Shown: positions 30,720 to 40,757 of the stretch, one piece after another
How positions within the stretch are numbered: position 1 is the stretch's first letter
Layout of the letters: every line of letters starts with the position of its first letter
Assembly (NCBI GenBank): GCA_009692465.1
Contig: SHZD01000003.1
Location: 15,121 to 79,120, forward strand
DNA from: Myxococcales bacterium
Lineage (GTDB): Bacteria; Myxococcota_A; UBA9042
Length of the DNA stretch: 64,000 nt
Direction: 5' to 3'
Made by a program: the position numbers and the translations under genes
Notes under the pieces: generated by a model
What the model was told of the DNA's origin: nothing
What the model saw: the letters and a program-made list of their open reading frames with translations, nothing else
The model's database searches: none

Positions 30720-30855
30720 GAGTTCCGCATGCCGCCAAACCGGCAGCCACGATGCATGAAACTCCTTGAGCGGCATGTGGAATATGGGCCGCAGCTGCGG
30801 ACCACCGCGGGGGTTTGGGGGCGGTGCGCCCCCAAGTTTCTAGTTAGCGTGCCTG
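30720..30855 (+). repeat. Family E dispersed repeat
   Basis: About 95% identical to the reverse complement of 24860-24990. The MPPNRQPRCMKLLERH ORFs inside it are repeat artefacts. Confidence 0.7.
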
Positions 30856-30907
30856 AATTGAGAAAGCTACTGACGGGCGCCGTCCTGCTGAGCGCCGACG
30901 GGCAAAC

Positions 30908-32956
30908 GTGAACCAAGCCGTGCCAATCGCCTTAGTGCTCAGTAGTTGGATGATCGCAAGCGCGACGCCGGCGCTCGGCCATGAGCGCGCGGGAGGCTGG
31001 CTCGGCGCCGCTATGGAAGCGCTGCACGCGCATAACCCGGCTCAGTTGCGCAAGATTGCCGATAATGGCCGCGCATTGGTGCAAGGCGATTTGGCCACCG
31101 GTGCGTGGCGCTTGCAGTTGCATCTGCCCACCGGCGCCGACGCCGACGACTTTGACGACACCAGTTTGCGCGCGCTGGGTGGCCAAGTGGCGGCGCGCGG
31201 GACCGATCTAGTCGATGTGTGGCTGCCTTTGGCCCGCGTTGAGGCCTTTTTGCAAACCAGCCCCCAGGTGGTGTTCGCCCAATTGCCGTGGCGACCCAAC
31301 AACCTGATCGGCCCCAAGTACAGCGAAGGCGCCGCCCAATTGCGCCCCGCCGGGCCCTTCACTTGTCTTGCGGCCGATGGCACCGGCACCGTGGTCTCAG
31401 TGCTCGACTCCGGCTTTGACGGCCTCGACAAGTCCAAGGCTACCGGCGAAGTGCCCAATATCCTTGGCCCCGTCCCCAGCGGCGGCGGCAGCCATGGCAC
31501 CATGTGCGCAGAAGTGGTCGCCGACATGGCGCCGGGCGCGGTCATCTACCCGTATGGCGTGGCTACGTTTGCGGACTTGCAGTATTACGTCAAACAAATC
31601 ACAGCCAAGGGCAATCTGAATGGCATCGATATTGTCAGCCATTCGGTGATTTGGCTCGGCCATAGTTTTGGGCGCCATGACGGTAAACTGTGCACCATGA
31701 CTGATCAAATTCGGAAAATGGGGGTGGCGTGGGTCAGCGCCTCGGGCAATTCCGGCAATGGCGAATTTTACAAAGCGGCGTGGAACGACGCCGACAAGGA
31801 TGGTCTGCACGAATTTGGCGCTGGTGAACAACGACTGATGTTTGCCCAGTTTGGCGGCACCATTCAGATAACCATGGACTGGGATGACTATAAGGAGCGC
31901 AAAGTCAACCTGGACCTGTACTTGTACCGAAAAGAGGGCGACACCTGGACGCTGGTGGGCGAGTCCAAGCTCAAGGCCAACGTGTTTGTGGCCCCGCTGG
32001 AACAGGTGGTGGTCCAAAACGCCAAAGGGGGCGTGTACGGTCTGCAAGTGCGGGCGGTCGGCGCGGTGCCGCCTGCGATGCAGTTGCGCATCGTGGCGAT
32101 GGGCGGCGGCAGCGGCAAGTTTAGCGTGTGGCACAAGAATGGTAACGTTTACGATCCAGCGAGTTGCGATGGCGTGTTGACGGTAGGCGCCATTTATCAG
32201 GGCCACTTTGCCAAGGGACCGCTTGAGGCCTACAGCAGCTATGGGCCGACGCCGGACAAGCGCATCAAACCTGAAATCATGGCACCGACTGGCGTTTCGA
32301 CCAGCGTCGGGGCGTTTTTTGGCACTTCAGCGGCCTGTCCACATGCTGCCGGTGCGCTGGCGACTTGGGTATCGGCGACCGGACAAACGCCTTTGCAAGC
32401 CATGGAAAGTATGCGCAAGGCTGCGATTCCGATGGGTACAACCGTGCCAGACGAGGCCTACGGCTGGGGTCGGGTCGCGTTGCCGCCGCTAGACTTAGGC
32501 TACGCTTGCACCGCTGCCGATTTGCCCGCTGCCGCGACCTGCGCCACCGCCTGCGCCAGTGTTGGAACACGGGGCTGCACACCGACCTGCCGGTGGACCG
32601 CCTGCGTGCCGCCGGCCGAAACGTGCAATCAAAAAGACGACAATTGCGACGGTCAAATCGATGACGGCTTGCCCTTGTGTGTAACGCCTACCCAAAAGGA
32701 AGACATCAAAGTCGGCCAACCGGACAGCAGTGACAGCGCCGCGAGCGAACCGGCCGAACTACCCGTGTTCGATAGCGCTGGCGAAATGCCGGTGGTCAGC
32801 CTTGATTCTGGGATGGACGTCGCCGTGATCAAGGCGGTGCCGGCCCCAGTCGTCGATGGCGGCTGCACTGCGCAGCACCGGCAACGCTCGGCGTGGTCGA
32901 TTCTAGCGTTGTGGGCACTTGGCGTGACGTTAGTCAGGGTGCGCAGTCGGCGCTAG
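30908..32956 (+). CDS. subtilisin-like serine protease (peptidase S8) with a C-terminal Cys-rich region and a MYXO-CTERM-like sorting tail
   Basis: Signal peptide. Asp, His, Ser triad blocks (VLDSGFD, HGTMCAEVV, GTSAACPHAAGA). Terminal ..DGGC-x14-hydrophobic TM-RVRSRR. Confidence 0.8.
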   Translation: MNQAVPIALVLSSWMIASATPALGHERAGGWLGAAMEALHAHNPAQLRKIADNGRALVQGDLATGAWRLQLHLPTGADADDFDDTSLRALGGQVAARGTDLVDVWLPLARVEAFLQTSPQVVFAQLPWRPNNLIGPKYSEGAAQLRPAGPFTCLAADGTGTVVSVLDSGFDGLDKSKATGEVPNILGPVPSGGGSHGTMCAEVVADMAPGAVIYPYGVATFADLQYYVKQITAKGNLNGIDIVSHSVIWLGHSFGRHDGKLCTMTDQIRKMGVAWVSASGNSGNGEFYKAAWNDADKDGLHEFGAGEQRLMFAQFGGTIQITMDWDDYKERKVNLDLYLYRKEGDTWTLVGESKLKANVFVAPLEQVVVQNAKGGVYGLQVRAVGAVPPAMQLRIVAMGGGSGKFSVWHKNGNVYDPASCDGVLTVGAIYQGHFAKGPLEAYSSYGPTPDKRIKPEIMAPTGVSTSVGAFFGTSAACPHAAGALATWVSATGQTPLQAMESMRKAAIPMGTTVPDEAYGWGRVALPPLDLGYACTAADLPAAATCATACASVGTRGCTPTCRWTACVPPAETCNQKDDNCDGQIDDGLPLCVTPTQKEDIKVGQPDSSDSAASEPAELPVFDSAGEMPVVSLDSGMDVAVIKAVPAPVVDGGCTAQHRQRSAWSILALWALGVTLVRVRSRR

Positions 32957-33061
32957 AACGGTTTGCGGGGGTGCGCGATCGGTTTTGGGCAACCTCGGCT
33001 CGCCTCCGACTTCGCAAATACACGGAAGTATTCCAAGAATGACCGGCACTTGGACCGTTGC

Positions 33062-34156
33062 CTACCAATCGATATGGGCGATAATCGCACCGTCGTGATC
33101 GCTCGGCGGCTGCTTCTTGGCACCATACAGCCACAAATCCAAGCCCCACCACGCCACTATGAACTTGGCGCTTGCCGATGCCACATACACATGATCGATG
33201 CGGTTGGCGGTGTCATAGGCCGGTTTGGTGTCTTGGTTGTGCACAATGCTCCACGCCTTGGCCAAATCAAAAGTGTCCTGCCACGGCGGCGAAACTCCAA
33301 CTTGACCAGCAGCTAACAGGCCATAAGCCTTGCTATTGGGCTTGCTGTTGTAGTCGCCGGTCAGAATCAACGTCGCATCCTTGGCCAGAGGCCCGAGTTT
33401 TTCGAGCACCAACGGGGCCGACTTTTCCTGACTGGGCGAACTGTTGTCAAAATGGGTAGTTGCAAAAATAACGTCGCGGTTGCGCTGCTTGTCGCGCAGC
33501 TTGACCCACGCCATCACCCGCGCGAACTGCATTTTGGCAAAGCCAGTTGAATAAGGCTTGTCAGGTTCAGGACTTAGCCAGATCACCCCGTCGGCCAGCT
33601 TGTCGAAACGAGATTTTTTCCACAGCACCGTGGCGTCCGGATAATCGTAGGGGTTCTCGTCGCCTTCTTTGAATTTATAGTGAAAGGCCTCGTACAGCTT
33701 TTGCGGACCGATCAACTGCTCGACTTCGGGCACATTGCCATCGGTCGGCAGTTGAGCCTGATTCTCTTGCAAACCGATCAGATCGGGGTCAAAACGGGCA
33801 AAGACGTCGCGCAGCCACGGCAGCCGCGTGCTCCACTTTTGCTCGTATTCGGGGTGGGCTTTGTTGATGCAAAACGAGCACATGACGTTGTAGGTCATCA
33901 CCGATAGCGCGCCGTCCGGCTTTGGCGGTGGCAGCGACCACGACGCCGGGGCAACGTCCGCGGTGGCGTCGATAGCACTGTCTGTGGCCGTGCCGTCGCT
34001 AGTCGGCGTGGTTTCGGCTTGGGTCGCTGCGTCGCTAGTCCCAGCCGCTTGGGCCGCGTCGCTTGGCGCCGTTGCCACCGGTGGTTCGCCGCCACATTGC
34101 ACTACAAGTGCAGCGAACGCGAGCGACAAAAGGAGGGTCTGTAGCCTGTTGCGCAT
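33062..34156 (-). CDS. endonuclease/exonuclease/phosphatase (EEP) family lipoprotein
   Basis: Lipobox VVQC. EEP motifs (MTYNV, GLQE, GDYN, SDH). 364 aa. Confidence 0.65.
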   Translation of the reverse strand: MRNRLQTLLLSLAFAALVVQCGGEPPVATAPSDAAQAAGTSDAATQAETTPTSDGTATDSAIDATADVAPASWSLPPPKPDGALSVMTYNVMCSFCINKAHPEYEQKWSTRLPWLRDVFARFDPDLIGLQENQAQLPTDGNVPEVEQLIGPQKLYEAFHYKFKEGDENPYDYPDATVLWKKSRFDKLADGVIWLSPEPDKPYSTGFAKMQFARVMAWVKLRDKQRNRDVIFATTHFDNSSPSQEKSAPLVLEKLGPLAKDATLILTGDYNSKPNSKAYGLLAAGQVGVSPPWQDTFDLAKAWSIVHNQDTKPAYDTANRIDHVYVASASAKFIVAWWGLDLWLYGAKKQPPSDHDGAIIAHIDW

Positions 34157-34290
34157 GGTTTCCTAGTGTTGACGCCGTTACGGAGCAGGCGAGTCGCCGG
34201 CCCAAATTCACCACCGAAATTCCCCGCGGCCCCCGATTTGGGATGCCAGTGCTCTGTCGCTCGCTGTCGCTCGACAAGGAGCAAGGAGCA

Positions 34291-34333
34291 AGGAGCTTTT
34301 CTGTCAGGGGCGTACTCTCGTACGTCCCTGACA
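34291..34333. promoter_or_regulatory. 42-bp near-perfect palindrome (TTTTCTGTCAGGGgCGTACtctcGTACGtCCCTGACAGAAAA) in a divergent intergenic region
   Basis: 19-bp arms with one mismatch. Lies between divergently transcribed genes, so it is not a terminator position. Confidence 0.4.
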
Positions 34334-34500
34334 GAAAAGTGACGCAGTGACGCCGAGATGCGCCCAAAGCGGGGGATCGCAGCCGGGGGGCCGCATGGCG
34401 TACCCTAGCTGTTCTGCGTACAATCGAAAAGGCGGACGGGACCGGCGACACTTTTGGCTCAGCCGACGCACTCTGGCCGATTAATCTGTATTATTTCGAT

Positions 34501-34528
34501 ATGTTGTTTAATGGGTGCCACCTGATCA
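34501..34528 (+). repeat. Family A motif, copy 7
   Basis: ATGTTGTTTAATGGGTGCCACCTGATCA. Confidence 0.65.
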
Positions 34529-34669
34529 GGGACGGGACCGCGACCGAACACGAGCCGAGCCAGGAGCCGAGCAAGGGCTGAACAGGAACAGCCAGTGAGT
34601 TCGGCTCCACTGACCAAGCCTGCGATCCATTTTTGGCCACTCTAGCAGTTAATAACCTTGTGAGACAGC

Positions 34670-34697
34670 ATGTTGTTCAATGGGTGCATCCTGATCA
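34670..34697 (+). repeat. Family A motif, copy 8, abutting MITE-B copy 3
   Basis: ATGTTGTTCAATGGGTGCATCCTGATCA followed directly by the MITE-B TIR. Confidence 0.65.
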
Positions 34698-37075
34698 GGG
34701 CCCGTTCAAAATCAAGTCGATTTTGCACCCCGGCCCACCGCTTGCTTGGTGGGTCGCTAACTCGCGGCTTTGCAAGCCGACTCGACGCTCCGTTCCAATC
34801 GTGGATCGACCAAGTTATTTTTTCACGAGCCCTTAATCGCCCGATTTCGGCTCGCATCGCAGTCGTTCTGGCGGCGCTAGTTGCGGCGACGGCTTGCAAA
34901 GCCCCGGTGCAGTCGGAAGACCCGCTGACGACGGTGACAGACGCGGATGCGGGCTTTGCCGGTACATTGGACGTCGCTGCCAGCGCCGATGGCGATGTGG
35001 GCAAGGCAGTTGCCGATGCAGCCAATGTCCAAGGCGAAGGCTTGAGCGACACTAGCGCCGGGCCGACCGACGCGACTGTGGCCGATGTCAGCGATGCAGA
35101 CGCCGCGAGCGCGCTCGACGATTCCACTGACTCCCAAACCCTGGACGCGGCAAGCACCGCCGATGCCAATGCCGAACTGGACGTCGATAGCGGCCAGCCC
35201 AGTGACAGTGGCGCCACGACGGCGTGCGACGACAGCGCCAAAGTGTGCCCGCAGGCCTTTGCGTATGCCGGCACCGGCAGCGAAACAGCGGTCGAAGTGC
35301 GCGGCAGCTGGAACGGCTGGAAGGCCGGCGGCGCGCTCACAGCCACGGGCACGACTTGGAACGGCACGGTCAAGCTGCCGCAATCCCAAATTTTTCAGTA
35401 TAAATTTCGAATAGTTCTGGCCGACGGCAAGGAGCTTTGGAAGCTCGACAGCGCCAATCCAATTAGCGCCGACGACGGATTTGGCGGCAAAAACTCGGTG
35501 GTCGGCCCCCTGCAATGCCCAAGCGACGGCATCTGCCCGCAACCGCAGACCTTGTGCGGCGCTCCGCTCAAAGCCAATGCCTTTGATTGGCGCGACGCGG
35601 TGTTGTACTTCGTGTTCGTCGATCGGTTCGTCAACGGCAATCCGGCCAATGACGGCAAGAATCCGGACAAGAATGTGCCCGCTATCGCCAATTGGCACGG
35701 CGGCGACTGGCTGGGGGTCAAGCAAAAAATCGACGACGGCTACTTTGGAGCGCTGGGCGTCAACGTCTTGTGGCTGACCGTACCCTTGGACAACACCGAC
35801 GCGGTTGAAATGGGTGATGAAGGCAAACCCTACACCGCCTACCACGGCTATTGGCCGCGGGATATCGACAAGCCAAACCCGCACTTTGGCAGCATGGCCG
35901 ATCTGAAGGCCCTTGTAGACGCCGCTCACGCCAAGGGCATCATGGTGATTCTGGACTACGCGATGAACCACTTGCACGCGTCGTCACCGACATTTTCTAA
36001 TCATCCCGAGTGGTTTCATCCACTCAAAGTCAACGGCCAATTCTGCACTTGCGGCAGCGGCGTGTGCCCGTGGGACGGACCCAGCGGGGTGTTTTGCTGG
36101 TTTCGCCAATATCTGCCCGACTTCGATTTTGACAACGCCGTCGCCCGCAAAGCATCGATCGACAACGTGATTTGGTGGATGGACCAGTCAGGTGCCGACG
36201 GGCTGCGCTTGGACGCGATCAAGCACGTTGAAGACATTTGGCTAACTGAGCTGCGCGCGCGCCTGAGCACCGAAGTCGAGCCCAAGCGCGGTCAACACAT
36301 CTGGCTGGTCGGCGAGACCTACACCGGCGATCAGGGCTTTATCAAGTCGTTTGTGGAGCCATGCACCAAGCTCGACGGTCAGTTCGACTTTCCGCTGCGC
36401 GCGGTGTTGGACAATGTCGTGCTGCTGCGCCAAGGCAAGATGCAGAATTTGCACAAGTTTGTCACCGCCAACGACAGTTTTTACGGACCGACCGCGCTGA
36501 TGTCGACCTTCGCTGGCAATCACGACCTGCCACGCATTATCCACTACGCTCAAGACAAACCGCTGTATAGCAACGTGTGGGATGTGGGCAAAGACAATGC
36601 GTTTTTCAACACCCCGACGCTTGTTGCCGAAAACAGCGCCTATCAACGGGTGGCTGTGGCGATGACGGTGTTGTACGGGTCACCCGGAGTGCCGCTGGTG
36701 TACTACGGCGACGAGATTGGGCTGCCGGGGGCAGGCGATCCGGACAATCGGCGACCCATGCAATTCAAGGACTTAAGCGATAATCAGAAGTGGTTGCTGG
36801 AGCAGCATCAAAAGCTGGGTCAAGCCCGCAAGGCCCACAGTGCGCTGCGGCGCGGGACGCGAACGACGCTGGCGACCACCGACGATGGCTGGCTGTGGGC
36901 GATGACCGACGCCAAGCAAACCGTGTGGGTGGCGGTCAACCGCGGGGATAATCCAGTAACTTTACAAGGGTTGCCTGCCGGTGAGGCCCTCAAAGACGTG
37001 CTGAGTGGCGAGACGCTGACGGGGCCCAATTGCGCCGTGCCGCCGCGAACTGGGCGAATTCTGGTTAAACAGTAG
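34670..37075 (+). CDS. glycoside hydrolase family 13 (alpha-amylase-like) lipoprotein with an acidic linker and an N-terminal carbohydrate-binding-type beta domain
   Basis: GH13 regions I-IV (DAVLYFVFVDRF, GLRLDAIKH, EtyT..., NHD). Lipobox-like VAATAC after the MITE-derived N-terminus. The true start is uncertain. Confidence 0.75.
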   Translation: MLFNGCILIRARSKSSRFCTPAHRLLGGSLTRGFASRLDAPFQSWIDQVIFSRALNRPISARIAVVLAALVAATACKAPVQSEDPLTTVTDADAGFAGTLDVAASADGDVGKAVADAANVQGEGLSDTSAGPTDATVADVSDADAASALDDSTDSQTLDAASTADANAELDVDSGQPSDSGATTACDDSAKVCPQAFAYAGTGSETAVEVRGSWNGWKAGGALTATGTTWNGTVKLPQSQIFQYKFRIVLADGKELWKLDSANPISADDGFGGKNSVVGPLQCPSDGICPQPQTLCGAPLKANAFDWRDAVLYFVFVDRFVNGNPANDGKNPDKNVPAIANWHGGDWLGVKQKIDDGYFGALGVNVLWLTVPLDNTDAVEMGDEGKPYTAYHGYWPRDIDKPNPHFGSMADLKALVDAAHAKGIMVILDYAMNHLHASSPTFSNHPEWFHPLKVNGQFCTCGSGVCPWDGPSGVFCWFRQYLPDFDFDNAVARKASIDNVIWWMDQSGADGLRLDAIKHVEDIWLTELRARLSTEVEPKRGQHIWLVGETYTGDQGFIKSFVEPCTKLDGQFDFPLRAVLDNVVLLRQGKMQNLHKFVTANDSFYGPTALMSTFAGNHDLPRIIHYAQDKPLYSNVWDVGKDNAFFNTPTLVAENSAYQRVAVAMTVLYGSPGVPLVYYGDEIGLPGAGDPDNRRPMQFKDLSDNQKWLLEQHQKLGQARKAHSALRRGTRTTLATTDDGWLWAMTDAKQTVWVAVNRGDNPVTLQGLPAGEALKDVLSGETLTGPNCAVPPRTGRILVKQ
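34695..34835 (+). mobile_element. MITE Family B copy 3
   Basis: TIR and internal palindromes conserved. Lies in frame at the 5' end of the GH13 ORF. Confidence 0.75.
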
Positions 37076-37143
37076 CCTTCGCTAACCGCCACCCTGCCTG
37101 CGCTCGGGCCCCATCTGCGACTAAACCGTTTTGTTTTGAATAG

Positions 37144-38313
37144 TTAGCGCAGTGCCCGCCGACCTAGGTAGTCAGCCACTTCGGCCAGCGCTGCCATCAC
37201 TCGCACCCCTTGAGGCGGCGGCCAGCTAAACAGGCGTGCACGGTCGGCGGCAGTCCACTGCATCGCGTAAAATCGCGCAATCAAACCGGAATCGAGCCGA
37301 TGAAAGCGTCGCAAGGCGTGGTGGCGCTGATCCGGCGGCGTGTGCTCAAACAGCAACCGGTTGAGCAAGCAGGCAAATTGTTGCTTATGGGCATGGGCGG
37401 CCTGCAGTTGCGGCCACTGCTGGCGCGCCTGGGTCGGCGAGCGCTCGGCCAACCACTGCGCGACCCGCACCCCGATCGGCAACGTGTAGCCAGTCGCCGC
37501 GTTCAGCCAGCCGCCGGCCATGCCGATGCGCAACACCCCAACGGGCTGAACGACAGCCGCAACCTGACAGGGCATCGGCAGCACGCCCTGTTGCTCGCCC
37601 ACCAGCTCGGCATCGGGGTGACCGTTATCGCGCAACCAGTCGGTGCAGCCTTGGCGCAAGTCGCTGGCGTCGAGCTGTGCTTGGTCGGAGAAAACCGTAG
37701 TTTCCACAAGAAGTTCATTGGCTTGCCACGGAAGCACATACGCAAAACGCAAAGCGCCGCGCTGCGGTTGGCGCGCATCCATCAGAATCGGTTGGTCCAG
37801 CTGGTGGGCGCGCTGGGTGCGGACCCGCAATCCAACGAATTTCTGCCAGCCAATCGTACCATGCAAAGACAGTGCGCCGGCGCCGCGACCGTCGAGGACC
37901 AAATCGGCGGCGATCTCCTCACCGCTGGTCAGTTCAATGTGGTCGGTGGCGACGGCCTGCACGCGGGTGGCAACGCGCAGTTCGCAGCCCGAGCGCTGCA
38001 GAACTTGCTGGACGACGTCATGTAAGCGATCGCCGGTCGTCGCCGCGTAAGGCAAGGCGAGCCTTTGGGATTCGCCAGAGAAATGCAGGTCAAAGCCCGG
38101 CCAGCGCCGCACAACCAGGGGTTCGAACCACAGCGCGGCAGCAGGCGGCACATCCAAAGCGTGACAGGCCCAAGTGTGGTTGCCACCCAGCGTATCTTGC
38201 TGTTCGATAAGGCAAATGCGCGCGGTCGGCCGCCGATGCAGAATCGCAAGCGCGCACAGACCTGCGTGCAATCCGCCGCCGGCAATGGCGACGTCAAATC
38301 TCACGCGGTCCAA
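37144..38313 (-). CDS. crtY: lycopene beta-cyclase CrtY
   Basis: GGGLHAGL...GGNHTW motif, internal DGRG, and C-terminal LIARFYA block as in CrtY. 389 aa. Confidence 0.8.
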   Translation of the reverse strand: MDRVRFDVAIAGGGLHAGLCALAILHRRPTARICLIEQQDTLGGNHTWACHALDVPPAAALWFEPLVVRRWPGFDLHFSGESQRLALPYAATTGDRLHDVVQQVLQRSGCELRVATRVQAVATDHIELTSGEEIAADLVLDGRGAGALSLHGTIGWQKFVGLRVRTQRAHQLDQPILMDARQPQRGALRFAYVLPWQANELLVETTVFSDQAQLDASDLRQGCTDWLRDNGHPDAELVGEQQGVLPMPCQVAAVVQPVGVLRIGMAGGWLNAATGYTLPIGVRVAQWLAERSPTQARQQWPQLQAAHAHKQQFACLLNRLLFEHTPPDQRHHALRRFHRLDSGLIARFYAMQWTAADRARLFSWPPPQGVRVMAALAEVADYLGRRALR

Positions 38314-39770
38314 TCAGCCAGATAGCCTCGGCGCGGTACCGACCACAGCGGCTCACCACGGACATTATAGTGCGATAGCAGACAGTTGGCGGCCAAGAAT
38401 CCTGACGCCACCGCCCGTTCCATCAAGCCCGACGGCAACGGAATCCACGTATAGTCACCTGCCAAGGCCAAAGTCGGGTCGGGCGAATGCACCCGTGGGC
38501 GCAAATGGGCGGTACCGGCGGCAAATGCTGGTGAATCTTGGGATAATGCAAAGGTGCTGTGCACGACTTTGGCGGCTTTGGTCTCTGGGTAAAAGTGATG
38601 CAACCGCTCGGTCATTTGTGCACGCGCGTCTTGGGCAGTCAAATGCGCTGGCATGGCGTAAGCATGGATTTCGACTTCGGAACCGCCGGTGGCCGCCGCC
38701 CATTGCGCACTGGTATCCGCGACGTGGTTGTACACCGCAATCGAGTCCAAAATGCCGCCGCCAGCGATTGCCGCAAACACGGGCCGATCGGCTCGCACTG
38801 GCCGATCCAACCAAAACCGTTGAACAGCAAAGGGACTAGTCGCCCGTTGACTGGCCAAGGCCGCACGCCACGGCGCATCGCCGATGTCTCCCGACGCCGC
38901 CACAATGTCGCGCACTGCAGTCACCGTCGCGGCCAGCACGACCGCGTCACACGCCAGCGGCTCCGTCGGGGCCCCTTGACCCACATCCGCCGGTCGGGTG
39001 TGCACTAGCCAACCTTGACCGTCCTTTTGGAGAGCAACCGCGTCGGTACCCAGCCGCAGTTAGGTAGCCATAGTGTGCAAATAGCGGGTCAGCGGCTGCC
39101 AAATCGCGGTATGCAGCGGTTGATCGAGGGCGTCAAAGGTCAGGCCTTCGGGATTGTGGGTGAAATAGAAGTGAAAGTACTGCAGCATCTCCGCCGCCGA
39201 CATCTCGGTCTGTGGATTGAAGAAACTGTGTGCAAACACGTCAAAAATCATCGCCCGCGCCTGTTTGGGAAAGGCCACGGCGTCCAAAAACTGGGCGGCC
39301 GTGGTGTGGTCCCAGCGCTCAAAGGTCTTGGTTTGATCGTAGCTCAACATCTCAAAAGTATGGCGAAAACCGACTTTGAGCATATCGTGCCAGCGCAAAA
39401 GTGGGCTGTGCTTGACCATCGCCAGCACCTTGGCCGGCGGAAACCGCGCAATCTCGGCAAAAAGCTCAACTTGGCCGTCCGGCGCTAGAACCGGGTAGTC
39501 GGCCATCGGCACCAGCATCGACAGCCGCGGATCGAAGCGCTTGAACAACTCGCGCAGATTGTAGTATTGCCGAAAAAAGGCGTGAAAACCGCGCTCTAAC
39601 TGCACCGGCGTGCCATCGGGCAAGGTGTCCGACCAGCCACGGGCGCGGCCGCCGAGTTCGTTTTCATGCTCAACCACGGTCACAATCGCGCCGCGCTCGG
39701 CCAAAATGGTCGCCGCAGCCATGCCCGCCAACCCGCCGCCGATAACGACGACGCGCTTGGGCACGGTCAA
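38301..39770 (-). pseudogene. CrtI/CrtD-family FAD-dependent carotenoid desaturase-like gene, split by an in-frame TAA at 39060-39062
   Basis: N-terminal piece (39060-39770) has Rossmann VVVIGGGLAGMAAA. C-terminal piece (38301-39005) is in the same frame. The two are separated by a single stop codon, and together they total ~490 aa as expected for the family. Confidence 0.55.
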
Positions 39771-39851
39771 CTTGCGCAGAACCCCTGGATATTGCGAGGG
39801 AACGAGTTATTTATGAATTGCAGCCATGAACAGCGACCGCGGCCAATGGGG

Positions 39852-40757
39852 TCAGTACGACCAAATGAAATCGAGCGTAGGCCACACTTCGCGGGAACGC
39901 ACATACGTGTAAGTATCGAATCCTTCAGAAGTTTTTTCCGTTTTCTGCTGATGGCGGTCGATGTCATAGGCCATCGCCCCTAGGGTGAGACGAGTATGGG
40001 CCGTAATCCGCGCGTCTAGGCCGACGTAAACACTGGCGGTCAGTGTCGACAACGCATCGTCGCCCACCGGTCGGCTGATCCAGTAGCCACCTAGTTCGCC
40101 GCGCAACCGCAGCCAGGGCATCAGCAATTGGTCGTAAGCCACCCGCAGTTGCGCCCGGGTGCGCCCCACGTACGGTGCCAGTTGTATATCCACTGGCGCC
40201 CACGCATCCAGAGGCGGCGCAGCTTGGCCCGAAAAGGAAAAACCTGAAGCAATTTCAGCGTGCAGCGTCAGCACCGAATAGCCGTCACTTGCCGCAGAGT
40301 GGCCAAACTCGCGACTGGCCCACACGCCTACCTTGGGCACAATGAGCCAGCCCGGCCGCTGGCAACTCGCAGCACTTGCGGCGGCATGTTCGGCAACTTT
40401 GCACGACGGCACCAGATCGCCAGCCAGCCCAAACGGCTTGGCCAACCGCCACCCCAGCGTCGGCACCCCCAACCCGACTTGCGCCGTCCATTGCCAAGCG
40501 TCGGGCAGGCTTGCCGTCAGCGGGATTTTGACATCGACTTGCGGCGCCGCCAGCAACAATAGCGGATGGACGTCGACTTCCAACCAGTCCAGCCCCAAGC
40601 GCAGGGGATTGAACACGCCGACTTGCCATTCACCCGGCGCCAGCACCTTGGCCGTTTCCCGCGGCTGCAAGTGCGTGTAGTTAAACGAGTCTGCCCGCGC
40701 GATCCCGGTGTTGGCCAGCAGCGCAATCAGCGTCGTCCAAGCGATGCGCGCAACCAT
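39852..40757 (-). CDS. hypothetical secreted protein, probable outer membrane beta-barrel
   Basis: Start chosen at MVARIAW with a signal peptide. The start overlaps the upstream EEP stop as TGATG. Confidence 0.45.
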   Translation of the reverse strand: MVARIAWTTLIALLANTGIARADSFNYTHLQPRETAKVLAPGEWQVGVFNPLRLGLDWLEVDVHPLLLLAAPQVDVKIPLTASLPDAWQWTAQVGLGVPTLGWRLAKPFGLAGDLVPSCKVAEHAAASAASCQRPGWLIVPKVGVWASREFGHSAASDGYSVLTLHAEIASGFSFSGQAAPPLDAWAPVDIQLAPYVGRTRAQLRVAYDQLLMPWLRLRGELGGYWISRPVGDDALSTLTASVYVGLDARITAHTRLTLGAMAYDIDRHQQKTEKTSEGFDTYTYVRSREVWPTLDFIWSY

